Shown: positions 1 through 11,673 of the stretch, piece by piece
Position numbering within the stretch: the first letter of the stretch is position 1
Layout of the letters: each line of letters opens with the position of its first letter
Assembly (NCBI GenBank): GCA_040437565.1
Contig: JBDOQK010000009.1
Location: forward strand, 124,001 to 188,000
Direction of reading: 5' to 3'
Length of the DNA stretch: 64,000 bases
From: Albugo candida
Taxonomy: Eukaryota
Made by a program: the position numbers and the translations under genes
Notes under the pieces: generated by a model
Databases searched by the model: none
Told to the model about the DNA's origin: nothing
What the model saw: the letters and a program-made list of their open reading frames with translations, nothing else

Positions 1-1415
1 GGGTTTCTCTTCTACTAATCGAACTGATGTACACATGCGACAGTCGAATTGTATTTGCAGCCAGGGACTAGTTGCAAGTTGAAATTTCACTATGAGCAGT
101 CATTAAAGCAAAACATTCGACTTCTTTTGTGTGCATAGTCGATTCGGACTTTACAGGAGCTCGCTGAGACACTACACCGCTAGGATTCTGATGCTGTTAA
201 AACCGTACATTCAGTTAAATGGTCACAGAATGTCTTAATTTGGCTTTTCAAGTCTTGCAGGTGGGACGTGATTGGATATAATCTTGCACAGTATCAGGAA
301 GCGATTATTTGAGCAGCAAACTTCACGTTATTTCCGCATCAATACTAAGGGAATTTGAACTCATGACCCTGAGTCGCATCTATTCCAGGCACGCCAGCTA
401 TCAGATCTCAAGCACACATCAAATATGATGGTTTCTATCGGGTCGACATGACACAGTTTGATTTATTTCTGGTAAGTGGTTTTCCTTAGAATTTGCTTCT
501 CGCTCTGTATCGCGCGACATTTTTGAGATTGAAATCGATTTTCATTTGGGTGGTCGTCTAAATAGAAGTAAATCGATGAACAGAAATGATCTTATTTATA
601 AGCCATGCGGATGTTGGTGCGCTGGCCAGATCCAAATGAACTTGGCTGTGCATGTAGTGCCGGACTTTTCACGTGAAGTCGTGGTATGGCAACTGCATGA
701 AGCTTACGAAAGATCTCGGGCATCTATTTGCAGTATTCTACTCAAAACTCACGTTTAAATGGACCGATCGACATATCGAGGTAGTTTGTCGTTTTTTCGT
801 GGATTTCTTCACTCAATGCGACAATATCCTTATTCTAGACACTTCACTTTTGCTTGTGGCCTAAATGTGTTCAGCAAGGAACCCAATCTCAGCACATCTA
901 GATCGCTCGCAGTTGTACATCCGAAGCATCGATGTTTCTGTTAACACCAAGCTTATCGTTACAATCAGGACAATCTTAACAGCAATCACACGCAACAAAC
1001 GGCAGTCTTAACAACGATAGGAAGCCAAGTACGCACGTGTACTGTAAAATTGCAGCTGACGATTCTTTTATAAACCATTCGATTCAAACTGTAAGAATAT
1101 TTCGCATAAAATCACGATCACGTATGTCGTTCGAAAAAGCGATAAGCGCAATATAGAAGACCCGTCAGGATACCTGACAACCTGAGTCTTTATTTCCTAC
1201 GCATCGGTCAAGATCCGATTATAGGCAAACCGGTGCATTCTATCGATTCTTGTAGTGCCAAACCTTCAACAGCTTCATTATTATATATTACGGTTATGGG
1301 CGTAATGTGCAGATAACTAAATGCAAAACAAGTAACCTCGTGGCAGTCTTTAAACATTATTTACCTAAAACGCTTATATACCCTTCAGCTTGCAATAAAA
1401 CGGTGAAGTTCATAC

Positions 1416-2480
1416 TCACACTTCAGCATGATCAATTTCTATATCTTCGGGGCAAGCCACAGTCATAGCCTCGTCGCTCGTTCTCCGCTTGAGATTTACA
1501 AACGACTCCTTCTTATAAAGCTTTGGTAATGTTGTATGTTTCTTTAGTGTCGTGGTTGCTTGTGATGAAGCCGAATGTATGTAGTCGGCCGCTTTGGAAG
1601 CGCATAATGTCGCCTTTTGCCTCATATCTTTAATCGATGAAATGGGTAAATCTCGTGATAGAAAAGGAACATTGCGTGGTTTCCAATTTCTAGATTGCGA
1701 TTGAACTCGGAATCTGCTGAGATCCGCAACCGATGTTCTGAGAGTATCGTGCATGCTTTTGACACTAAATCGACTAGGAAGAGATGAAGCTTTGCTCCAT
1801 CGATTTGATTCCCCATTGTAATCTTCATCATCGCTTGAAAAATCACCTTCTAGATTCGCACCAACAGAAGACGCATCGCTCTTTGTGTGACTATTTGTTC
1901 TGCTGTTACAGCCGTTTTCCTGCTCCGTGATATCGCATTCTTCCATGTTATTAGACGAGCTCTCTGGAAAGTAAGTGGTAGATAATGAACTTGATGTATC
2001 GACCGTGCTGTCTTCACAATTAGACGCTGAGATCGTATCACTGCGTACCATGTAATCGGTACATGTAGCGTTGTTGTACCCTTTGCTAACAAGATCAATT
2101 TCAGTTAAGGAATGAACGCAAGGATTGATCGTTTCTGTATCACTTCGTTTAGCTATTGGCGATGTAATTTGCGGTGACAACGTGTTGAAACATGCGCTTT
2201 CCATCTTTATTCGATTTGAATGAATGGGGGATTCGGACATAAAAGGCGTTGATTCTGATGACGCACAGCTACACGGAGATATGAGGTTCCATTGCACGTT
2301 CATGTCTTCAGCCAACACTGTATTGGCACAAATTTCAACATCGATTCTATGTTGTGTTTCTATTTCTACATACTCCACGTTATCTGACTCATAATGTGCT
2401 GTGCAATTCTCGAGATTACACACATTATTGATACACGTTTTCTTTAGCCTCTCATCGCTCCATTGTATCATCTCATGCAA
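1416..2480 (-). CDS. Hypothetical Ser-rich, low-complexity protein (354 aa)
   Basis: Long ATG-initiated ORF with Ser/Thr/acidic-rich composition; no recognisable domain. Confidence 0.5.
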   Translation of the reverse strand: MHEMIQWSDERLKKTCINNVCNLENCTAHYESDNVEYVEIETQHRIDVEICANTVLAEDMNVQWNLISPCSCASSESTPFMSESPIHSNRIKMESACFNTLSPQITSPIAKRSDTETINPCVHSLTEIDLVSKGYNNATCTDYMVRSDTISASNCEDSTVDTSSSLSTTYFPESSSNNMEECDITEQENGCNSRTNSHTKSDASSVGANLEGDFSSDDEDYNGESNRWSKASSLPSRFSVKSMHDTLRTSVADLSRFRVQSQSRNWKPRNVPFLSRDLPISSIKDMRQKATLCASKAADYIHSASSQATTTLKKHTTLPKLYKKESFVNLKRRTSDEAMTVACPEDIEIDHAEV

Positions 2481-2736
2481 GTCGCCTTTCTTAATCAGTC
2501 ACGACTTGGAATCCGGTACTGCGAAAAGTGCACACGAATTGCTATGATTCAAGTTTGTTGCGAGCAAATTTCTGACGTCTTCTCTACCGCGCAAGAAATT
2601 GGCATGAGAACCGGTTTAATGCCCAACCCTTCCAGTTACGTTGACAGCGCTGACTGCTTGCCCCTTCCCCACACTCTATCTCAACCTCCCTGACACGAGC
2701 TATTCCGATTATGAAGTGACATACATTATTAACTGA

Positions 2737-3549
2737 TTACAGGATGAAAAAAGGCTCTAGTTGATTGTTAGAATCGTGACTCGTCTCGGACGATATCGAT
2801 GACAATTCAAGGTCAAGAAAACAAGACAGGCTCTCATGGCTCTGATCCTCTCCTTCATCACTCTCATCTTCTTGTGTTAGGTCCGTACTCGCCGTGGATT
2901 TTGTGGTACACGCAGGAATAGGATTGCTTCCTTGCGCTGCAAATGAACGTGAATAGTGGTAAGGGGTACGTGGCAGTGACTGCTCCTTGCGCAATTGATG
3001 AGCGTCCAAAATTCTTTGCTTGAATTGATGCAATTCAAATCCACAAAGCAGTTTTTCGTGCATTTCATTGCGTCGTTGTCGATCTGAGCCCATTCGAAGC
3101 CGCTGTAACTCTTTCTGTCGTTCATAAGACTTGAGCGCGTTCTCATTCTCCAAGCGCTTTCGACGCTGATATTGCTCTTCAGCTTGTTTTGCAAATAAAT
3201 CTGACGCATCGTATCGAAGATACCGAGACTGGACGTGGCTGTAAGAAGTGTTGTCTGATTGAGAAGTTCTCATGGTCGCATCGAGTCCCGTCGAAGCTGC
3301 GCGTGTACGGGAAGGCAGCACTGTCATGTGGGAAATTGAATTTGAACGTTTTGGAAGCCGTGGAGTCGTATCCGATGCACTGGATCGAGCTCTCGATCGA
3401 CTGAGACTCATCGAACGAGGTTGTGCCAGTTGCTCAAGCCGAGGCGTGAGTAAGTTTTTACCACGAGACATTCTCCTCTTCTCATCGACAGAGTGAGATG
3501 GACTGAAATTGATTTTGGTTGTCAAATCTTGCTCAAAAGTGCACTCCAT
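2737..3549 (-). CDS. Hypothetical protein (270 aa) with a central coiled-coil and an acidic C-terminus
   Basis: ATG ORF with charged helical segment AKQAEEQYQRRKRLENENALKSYERQKELQ; its 5' end is repeated across the N gap at 3618-3717. Confidence 0.55.
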   Translation of the reverse strand: MECTFEQDLTTKINFSPSHSVDEKRRMSRGKNLLTPRLEQLAQPRSMSLSRSRARSSASDTTPRLPKRSNSISHMTVLPSRTRAASTGLDATMRTSQSDNTSYSHVQSRYLRYDASDLFAKQAEEQYQRRKRLENENALKSYERQKELQRLRMGSDRQRRNEMHEKLLCGFELHQFKQRILDAHQLRKEQSLPRTPYHYSRSFAAQGSNPIPACTTKSTASTDLTQEDESDEGEDQSHESLSCFLDLELSSISSETSHDSNNQLEPFFIL

Positions 3550-4355
3550 TGTCGGTCATTTGACTGTTAGCAATTCAATGTTGAAAAATAAGAGCAGAGG
3601 GAGACTTCAAAAGGTATNNNNNNNNNNNNNNNNNNNNNNNNNNNNNNNNNNNNNNNNNNNNNNNNNNNNNNNNNNNNNNNNNNNNNNNNNNNNNNNNNNN
3701 NNNNNNNNNNNNNNNNNTGAGATGGACTGAAATTGATTTTGGTTGTCAAATCTTGCTCAAAAGTGCACTCCATTGTCGGTCATTTGACTGTTAGCAATTC
3801 AATGTTGAAAAATAAGAGCAGAGGGAGACTTCAAAAGGTATATATTACGTTTATGCACATGCAGTAGCCTTGCGTTTGATAAAAGCAAATCATATGATAT
3901 TCACAAAATATGGAAGCGCATCTGAGAATTGTGTACCAGAACACATATACACCCAGTCATCGTAAGTTAACAACACACGCAAGTAAAGTTCCGTAGAAAC
4001 TGCGATATGTTTATAGCAATTATAGCATGAAGTACAGATCCGCATCATGAATCCGCATAACCTTTCATATCCTATCCGTCTGTACCTTTCTATCANNNNN
4101 NNNNNNNNNNNNNNNNNNNNNNNNNNNNNNNNNNNNNNNNNNNNNNNNNNNNNNNNNNNNNNNNNNNNNNNNNNNNNNNNNNNNNNNNNNNNNNNCACGC
4201 AAGTAAAGTATGTCAGCTCTCGCTTTCCTATTTCCGTAGAAACTGTGACATGTTTATAGCAATTATAGCATGAAGTACGGATCCGCATCATGAATCCGCA
4301 TAACCTTTCATATCCTATCCGTCTGTACCTTTCTATCATACACTGAATCACTCAA

Positions 4356-5240
4356 ATGAAAATGACCGAAGAAATGAGGAAAATCAAACTTCGGTTCCAC
4401 GCGCACGAACAATCAGAAGGAGTCGGTGCTCGCGTCCGTCGATCGATCGGGTCTCCCCATATCTCTTATCTCGACCCCTTCCTTCTATTGGACGATGGAA
4501 CAGGATCCCTTCCGGGCGGGTTTCCCGATCATCCTCATCGCGGTTTCGAAACAGTTTCCTATATCCTCCCAAACTCTGAGGGAGGTTTTCAGCATGAGGA
4601 TTTCCTTGGCAACAAAGGCGATTTGCGTCCTGGAGATCTCCAATGGATGACAGCTGGGAGAGGAATCGTACACTCCGAGATGCCAGCCTCGCTTACGCCT
4701 GCACGTGTCATACAATTGTGGATCAATCTTCCTCGCGCAAAGAAAATGAGGGAGCCTCACTATCAAGAAGTAAAGAGGGAAAATGTCCCTCAAGTATACA
4801 CTTGCGACAAAAAAGTGAAAGCGCTTCTGTTCGCAGGAAGCTTTTTGGGAGAGGAAGGACCGATAAAGACAGAAGTCCCTGTGTCCTTTATCCATTTCAT
4901 TATGGAAAAGCACGCAAAATTGACACATTTTATCTCAAATGGACATAATGCATTTTTTTACGTTATTTCCGGCGATGGAATATATAATGGAGAACGTATC
5001 GCAGCGTACGATACAATCGTATTGGAGTCCATTGGAAGCGCATGTATCGTTGAAACAAGAGAAAACAGCTTGGAACTCGTCATATTAACCGGTGAACCGC
5101 TTCATGAGCCTGTGGCTCGATACGGTCCCTTTGTCATGTCGACGGAAGAAGAGATCCAGCAGGCAATCAAAGACTTTCGCAATGGAGAAAATGGCTTTGA
5201 GAACGCGAAATCGTGGAAATCTAATATTGGCAATCGATAG
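4356..5240 (+). CDS. PIR: Pirin (bicupin, iron-binding)
   Basis: Motifs EGVGARVRRSIG, DPFLLLD, GFPDHPHRGFETVSY, MTAGRGIVHSEMP, QLWINLP and YGPFVM. Confidence 0.95.
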   Translation: MKMTEEMRKIKLRFHAHEQSEGVGARVRRSIGSPHISYLDPFLLLDDGTGSLPGGFPDHPHRGFETVSYILPNSEGGFQHEDFLGNKGDLRPGDLQWMTAGRGIVHSEMPASLTPARVIQLWINLPRAKKMREPHYQEVKRENVPQVYTCDKKVKALLFAGSFLGEEGPIKTEVPVSFIHFIMEKHAKLTHFISNGHNAFFYVISGDGIYNGERIAAYDTIVLESIGSACIVETRENSLELVILTGEPLHEPVARYGPFVMSTEEEIQQAIKDFRNGENGFENAKSWKSNIGNR

Positions 5241-5714
5241 CGCTTCGTAGTGTTTCGACTGTATCATTCGTTACATAGGAACTTATATATAGAGAAATAT
5301 GATTCTCCATCCAGCAACGCGTTCTCAGGATGCAAAGCGCGAAATCGCTTCCATCTCTCTTATCTGTCGCCTGTACTGACCGATACGTCACGTCTGAGCC
5401 TGCTCGGGTACAAGAGCCTTCTTCGCGATGCAGTGGAGACTTTTGTACGACTCGACTCGNNNNNNNNNNNNNNNNNNNNNNNNNNNNNNNNNNNNNNNNN
5501 NNNNNNNNNNNNNNNNNNNNNNNNNNNNNNNNNNNNNNNNNNNNNNNNNNNNNNNNNNNTTTCGCAATGGAGAAAATGGCTTTGAGAACGCGAAATCGTG
5601 GAAATCTAATATTGGCAATCGATAGCGCTTCGTAGTGTTTCGACTGTATCATTCGTTACATAGGAACTTATATATAGAGAAATATGATTCTCCATCCAGC
5701 AACGCGTTCTCAGG

Positions 5715-7811
5715 ATGCAAAGCGCGAAATCGCTTCCATCTCTCTTATCTGTCGCCTGTACTGACCGATACGTCACGTCTGAGCCTGCTCGGGTACAAGA
5801 GCCTTCTTCGCGATGCAGTGGAGACTTTTGTACGACTCGACTCGGATCGCTACCGGAAATTTTCTCATTGTTTTCTATCGAATTTGAAAATGTCGACGTG
5901 GAACAGGATGGACATCGATATCCCATCTGCAATCGCGATGTATTACTAGCGCGATGTGCCGACACAAAAAGTCTCAAGTCTTTTGACACGAAAAAGCGAT
6001 TACAAATGGCCGATGAACGCTTACGCACATCTTTTGGCCAGAAGAAGCCGTGTGAATACTACAAGCAAGTCTTTGTATGCATCCATTGCCATCGTATCTA
6101 CTCGGCACTCGGTGAGTTTCGACTGAATGGCTTTTGTACGAATGCAAGCAGAGTACGCAGAGGACACAAAAAGAGAATGCCGACACAAATGACTGTCTTA
6201 TCGTCGCTCACAGAATCAGAGCCAACGTCTCTTTCCAATGGAGACTTGACATCGAAGGAAGCCGATGCCAAAGATGTGATTCAGAAGACAGGAGGATGGA
6301 TGCAGAAGCCTTTACCGGTCGATAGGACGCGTGTCGACGAAAAGAGAAAAGACCGAGAAGAAGACTGCAACGAGGAGCTTTCAAGTCTTGTCACCACGAT
6401 CCACGAGCTTCAGGAGCAATTACACGCAGCCATCGATCCACAGGACGCCGTAAAGGCTTTAGAGACGAGCCAACAGCGTGTTGCCAACGATTTTGAAAAG
6501 GAGAGACAACTATTACGTCAGAAATTGAAATCTCACATGAAAGCTTCCGAAAATGCACAAACGGAATTAGAAAGCGCGAAAAAGACGATCCAATTGCTTA
6601 CAGCGGAGAATTCGCACACAAAACAACTGCTCGATGAAACAGAAGCCAACGTGTACAATTTGGAACGCAGTGCTATTGAATCGAAAGCACAGCATTCCGC
6701 GCTTCAGCAGGAGCTTATGGATGCACTTGAGCAGATAGAAAGTACGCGAATCGCTAGCAAACGCGACGTGGAAGCCACTCAGAAACAGAGCAGACACACG
6801 ATCGAATACCTTCAGGCTCAAATGACGCTCGAAATCGAATGCAAACAAGAGCTTGGCGCACGAGTTGCAGCGCTCACAGTAGCGCTCGAAGATCAGAAAA
6901 TCGCGAAACGTGTGGCGGTGAATGCGCAAAAGGACGCTGCTTCGCAGCAACTCGAGCGTTTACAAGCGAGTTTCCAGCACGAACGCGAGCACTCGACCTC
7001 TCAACTCACTTGTCTCCAGTCGAAAAACGACGCTCTTTGCGCTCGTATCACGCAATTGACAGAGGAGCTTTGTATTGTGAAGCAAAAAGAGCTTCAAGGA
7101 TCTCAATGGATCGAGGAATCGCGTACGGAGAATGGGAAATTACACGCACACGTACATGAGCTCTTGTCGCTGGTGGAATCGCTCGAACAAGAGAATGTCT
7201 CGTTATCGACCGAATACAAACGCCTGCAAAATGACACACAATTCCGTCGATTTGAGAATGAAAGACAGTATCTCCAGCAGCAATACGACCACCAAACATC
7301 GCGTAAAGAGGAAGCAGAAGCCTCTGTTTTGGAAATCCAAACGCAGCTCACACTCCAAAAAGAAAAATACGTAAAGCTACAAACCGCTTTTGAATGTGCG
7401 ATTTTGGACGGGAAAAAGGTCGAAGAAGCTTTAGAGAAGCGATTTCAGCACATTGCCGCCGGTCTCAAGTCGGAGAATCGTATCTTGCAACAGGATATCC
7501 ATTCAATGGAGAAGACTATCGACACACTGACAAAGGAATCTTCCGAGCGACTTGACGCTGTCGAAGGACTCGAATCTCAGCTTCACACATTACAATTCGC
7601 ACTCCACAACGCCCGTAAAGCGCTTCAGTGTGAAAAAGCACATTTTTGCGCGTCGAAAGAGCGTCTCCAAACATCTCTCAACGCGATGAAAGCTTCCATT
7701 GACGCGGTACAAAAGAAGGAACAGACAAACGCCCAGCGTCTTCACGACACATTTGCAATGGAAAAGGAGGAGTGGATGCAGCACATCCACCAAACTCTCA
7801 GCAATGTATGA
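5715..7811 (+). CDS. Long coiled-coil protein (~700 aa) with an N-terminal CxxC motif; possible short terminal exon at 7856-7900
   Basis: 698-aa ORF, heptad-rich in E/Q/K/L from about aa 220; motif VFVCIHCHRIY; candidate intron 7806-7855 (GTATGA...TAG). Confidence 0.75.
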   Translation: MQSAKSLPSLLSVACTDRYVTSEPARVQEPSSRCSGDFCTTRLGSLPEIFSLFSIEFENVDVEQDGHRYPICNRDVLLARCADTKSLKSFDTKKRLQMADERLRTSFGQKKPCEYYKQVFVCIHCHRIYSALGEFRLNGFCTNASRVRRGHKKRMPTQMTVLSSLTESEPTSLSNGDLTSKEADAKDVIQKTGGWMQKPLPVDRTRVDEKRKDREEDCNEELSSLVTTIHELQEQLHAAIDPQDAVKALETSQQRVANDFEKERQLLRQKLKSHMKASENAQTELESAKKTIQLLTAENSHTKQLLDETEANVYNLERSAIESKAQHSALQQELMDALEQIESTRIASKRDVEATQKQSRHTIEYLQAQMTLEIECKQELGARVAALTVALEDQKIAKRVAVNAQKDAASQQLERLQASFQHEREHSTSQLTCLQSKNDALCARITQLTEELCIVKQKELQGSQWIEESRTENGKLHAHVHELLSLVESLEQENVSLSTEYKRLQNDTQFRRFENERQYLQQQYDHQTSRKEEAEASVLEIQTQLTLQKEKYVKLQTAFECAILDGKKVEEALEKRFQHIAAGLKSENRILQQDIHSMEKTIDTLTKESSERLDAVEGLESQLHTLQFALHNARKALQCEKAHFCASKERLQTSLNAMKASIDAVQKKEQTNAQRLHDTFAMEKEEWMQHIHQTLSNV

Positions 7812-7844
7812 GTCTTTACAAACGAAAGAATTGAAATTCTCTCC

Positions 7845-9803
7845 TTACGCGCTAGATCGAATACGTGGAGCTTCCACAGGAGCGTCCAATATGCTCATAA
7901 CGAAATCAATGCACGCCCAAAACAAAGAACTCGAAGTCGTATCCGTAACGAGATCCAACACAACAGTAAAGACATCAGCAGCCAGCAATTTATCGCGATA
8001 AAAAGCGTCTCGACCGCCGAGAAGCAACAGCACATTGATGGCTTTCTCTTTGATCATTTCCAAGTCGAAGCGAAGAATATCGAGAAGCTGATCGATTCCA
8101 GCGTACAAGACAATCAAATCGTATGCGATAGCAGCCGCATGCGTCTCCAAGAGCTCCAACGCTTTGAGCTTTTCTCCGGTGCTTCCAACACGAAGCATTT
8201 GCAATAATTGAAGCGAAGACGTTCCGTCCGGAAGAGCTGCGTCCACAACGCCAATGTTTTTCGTATCCTTCCCGATGAGATCCATGCGACCCGGACGGAA
8301 GGATGCCATCAGGTACAAGATGTCGTACACCTGACGACGCCGGTGCGGATCGCGTTCGAGACGAAGAGATTCCAACAACGCTGCTACTCCGAAATTCTCG
8401 AGAATTGTGTCTCTGACAAACATTGCGATTTCACACATTTCCATCAGTGAGCAGACAAGTGCTAAAGCCTGTGCTCGTTGTGGACCGCTCGGACCACGCA
8501 CACTGAGTTCCAATGCCACCGAAACGAGCTGATGGAGCACTGATATCTGATCTTCGATCCAGTAATCTCGTTCACATACAATTTGTCGGAGAATACGTAA
8601 CGCGAGAATGGATTCTTCCGGTGAATTGGAAAGCGCTATTGTGATCATAACGGAGACGCCATTTTCAGTGATGAATTCGAAATGAAGTGAGTCGATTTGT
8701 GCTTTGATTTGGTGTAAAAGCGATACGCGATGGCAAGTCGATCGCTCGAGTTGTGCTAAAGACTGAGAGATCCATCGGAGTTGTCTTCGGGCCTTTTGTG
8801 GCGAGTACGAGGAAGCCGAAAGGCTTGAATTCGATGGGGAATCACTTTTACGCGGTTGACTCGAAGCGTGCAGAGGTCGTATGTCTCTGCTGCTGCTTTC
8901 GCTGAAGGAGTCGATATGTCGATTTCGATCGAGTTCTTTGTCGCAATATCCGCAGAAACGACTCAATGGAACATTCACAAAGGAGCAATGGACACATTCC
9001 TCGCTGTGTGATTCGATCGCATTCCATCGACTGAATTGCTGAAAGAGTTTTTTCAATTTGTAGAGAATTGCATCGACTTCCTCGACGCGAATTCGTTTGG
9101 GTTTCAGGATATTTGCCAAGTAATGAATCCCGTTGTTTTTCAAGCTGTAGCGCTTCAGCACGCCGCAGGCTGTCTCCAGTGTCAGCATAAATTCTCTCAC
9201 ACAACCCGACAGAGATCGTGGATGCGTCTTTATCGCTTCCATGCTTTTATTTCGATCTATTTCAGCCTCTGATCTGCGGCTCACATACTTTTCCATTCGA
9301 GTGAGAATTTGATACGCTCGCGTCAGTTGCAAGTGTATGGGCTCATACAGAATTCTGTGACTTGGAATGTGCTCCAAATAGCAGTGAGCCGATGCCAATG
9401 CATTTCGAATNNNNNNNNNNNNNNNNNNNNNNNNNNNNNNNNNNNNNNNNNNNNNNNNNNNNNNNNNNNNNNNNNNNNNNNNNNNNNNNNNNNNNNNNNN
9501 NNNNNNNNNNATTTCAGCCTCTGATCTGCGGCTCACATACTTTTCCATTCGAGTGAGAATTTGATACGCTCGCGTCAGTTGCAAGTGTATGGGCTCATAC
9601 AGAATTCTGTGACTTGGAATGTGCTCCAAATAGCAGTGAGCCGATGCCAATGCATTTCGAATCGACGTCTCACATCCCGCGAGAGGTTTCTCCGATTTCA
9701 TATACGGCGGAATCGATTGCAGTGTTTTGATTGTGTCCGTAGATGTCCTTTCGTCAGTCTCATTCCGTGCCATCGCGTCCACTTGCTTGTTGATTTGGCA
9801 CAT
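7845..9803 (-). CDS. ARM/HEAT-like helical repeat protein with a zinc ribbon (~568 aa after removing the 252-nt gap artefact)
   Basis: Zinc ribbon CVHCSFVNVPLSRFCGYC; ARM-like segments ENGVSVMITIAL, NFGVAALLESL and YAGIDQLLDIL; 9259-9410 is duplicated at 9511-9662 across the gap. Confidence 0.7.
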   Translation of the reverse strand: MCQINKQVDAMARNETDERTSTDTIKTLQSIPPYMKSEKPLAGCETSIRNALASAHCYLEHIPSHRILYEPIHLQLTRAYQILTRMEKYVSRRSEAEXXXXXXXXXXXXXXXXXXXXXXXXXXXXXXXXXXIRNALASAHCYLEHIPSHRILYEPIHLQLTRAYQILTRMEKYVSRRSEAEIDRNKSMEAIKTHPRSLSGCVREFMLTLETACGVLKRYSLKNNGIHYLANILKPKRIRVEEVDAILYKLKKLFQQFSRWNAIESHSEECVHCSFVNVPLSRFCGYCDKELDRNRHIDSFSESSSRDIRPLHASSQPRKSDSPSNSSLSASSYSPQKARRQLRWISQSLAQLERSTCHRVSLLHQIKAQIDSLHFEFITENGVSVMITIALSNSPEESILALRILRQIVCERDYWIEDQISVLHQLVSVALELSVRGPSGPQRAQALALVCSLMEMCEIAMFVRDTILENFGVAALLESLRLERDPHRRRQVYDILYLMASFRPGRMDLIGKDTKNIGVVDAALPDGTSSLQLLQMLRVGSTGEKLKALELLETHAAAIAYDLIVLYAGIDQLLDILRFDLEMIKEKAINVLLLLGGRDAFYRDKLLAADVFTVVLDLVTDTTSSSLFWACIDFVMSILDAPVEAPRIRSSA

Positions 9804-10376
9804 TGGGGTCGAGGGATCGCGTACTGATACGCTATAGTACGTGTGTGCAGAAGAGGCTTTCGCTCCTCTTCTTTTCGTGTAGAGACATTTAAGGCTTTAG
9901 AATCGCATTCCGATGTAAACTCTTATAAAGTGTGGAGAGTGTTTGGAAAAAAAAGACGATTTTCACGCAGAAAGGAGCGATTTCAATGGGAATTTGGCTG
10001 AAAGGCCATTATCTGATCCGAGTACGTACTCGATAGACCGCACACATCCATTCGAATACGCGCAAACACATCCTCAGCAGCTGGGGCGTGCGCCTGACAA
10101 ACGGGTGCAACTGCTTTTGAGACCTCACATGCGACTCGAAGAGAAACGGCTCCGACTCGATGACATAATATTATCTGTCCATTACGGTATCGAAAAATAC
10201 GTACGACGAGAATGGAGGCTTTCTGCGCAGGCTCGATTTGGTTCGCTTACATTTTTGTAGGTTTTGAGACTTTTTAGAGGGGCTTTGGAGACTTGAGAGT
10301 TGTTTTCGGATCGCTTTGACTCGGCAGAGGCGTTTTCTATCGATCGAAACGATTCCTACGGATAGAAATGTATTAT

Positions 10377-11608
10377 TTACGCGTGCACAGAGCTGAGGTC
10401 TTCGTCAATGTCGAATTCCGATTCGTGGGTATCTGCATCGCTGTCCATCGACCAAAGATTGCTGGTGATAAGTGTCGTCTTCTCATCGCATCCTATGTCG
10501 ACGTTTGTGTCGTGAATGCCAAGTCGATGGAGAATTTCAATAACGATAGTTTGGAGATTGGAAGTATCATTTTGTATCTCGAAATCCCAAGAGAATGCAG
10601 CATAGATATCGAGGATTTGATGCATCCACGCACGGTCTGCTTCATGGAGACGCATACGCTCCGGTTCACGTTCAAGACGAGCGCAGATTCGTCTCCATAA
10701 CAGCTCGGGATTCACGGTAATGTGAACAGTGTAGAATTGAATTCGTCGAAGATTTTGGATTTCTTGCATTTGTTCTTGGATCAGAGGCTGTAAGAGATGT
10801 CCTTTGCGTGCGTAAAAGACCGCGCTGTAGGGAGATCTATCCACAAAAACGGTGTGATTCTTTCTTGCAGACGCCAAACAAAGTCGATTTTCGAGTCGAA
10901 GAATGCTTTGGAACCTGAGCATACAAAGTCATTGATACGNNNNNNNNNNNNNNNNNNNNNNNNNNNNNNNNNNNNNNNNNNNNNNNNNNNNNNNNNNNNN
11001 NNNNNNNNNNNNNNNNNNNNNNNNNNNNNNNNNNNNNNNGTGAACAGTGTAGAATTGAATTCGTCGAAGATTTTGGATTTCTTGCATTTGTTCTTGGATC
11101 AGAGGCTGTAAGAGATGTCCTTTGCGTGCGTAAAAGACCGCGCTGTAGGGAGATCTATCCACAAAAACGGTGTGATTCTTTCTTGCAGACGCCAAACAAA
11201 GTCGATTTTCGAGTCGAAGAATGCTTTGGAACCTGAGCATACAAAGTCATTGATACGCGAGGTTTTGGAAGGGAAATCGCGCGTACCAATTACAGACCCA
11301 ATACGTCTCCATCAACAGCGATTGAGGGTCGAGGGAGTACGAAGGCATGTCCAGAAACGCTTCATCCAGGACCGGGTATCCTCGCGCTCGCATTTCGTTG
11401 CAAATGACCGTTTTCCCGGAGCCTAGAAATAAAAAGTACAGTCCGATACAATGTGGTAAGCATGTGGCAGTGCGTGATCGAGTGAATAGGCACCGTGACA
11501 TCCTTCCAAGCAAACGACAGTGAGTTGTGGACGTGAGCTTTCCATTATACGACTGAAATCGACTTGCACCATTTTTGGCGGGAATTCTTTCGCGATGATT
11601 GGCGCCAT
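10377..11608 (-). CDS. P-loop deoxynucleoside/thymidylate kinase-like protein (spliced)
   Basis: Introns 11423-11493 and 11233-11286 (GT-AG on the minus strand) give VVCLEGCHGSGKT (Walker A) and later FVDRSPYSAVFY (dNK/TMPK DRS motif); part of the gene is duplicated across the gap at 10940-11039. Confidence 0.8.
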
Positions 11609-11673
11609 TTTCGTATTTCAACCAATAAAAATGAATTTCTTACTCGTACTTAATAACCGCGCATACTTAATAC

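Noticed and set aside
1-1400. Short ORFs at the window start
   Set aside because: 60-70 aa, overlapping, mostly non-ATG starts, with no recognisable motifs or consistent splice model
9943-10260. 105-aa + strand ORF between the ARM and dNK-like genes
   Set aside because: TTG start and no motifs; probably promoter or UTR sequence
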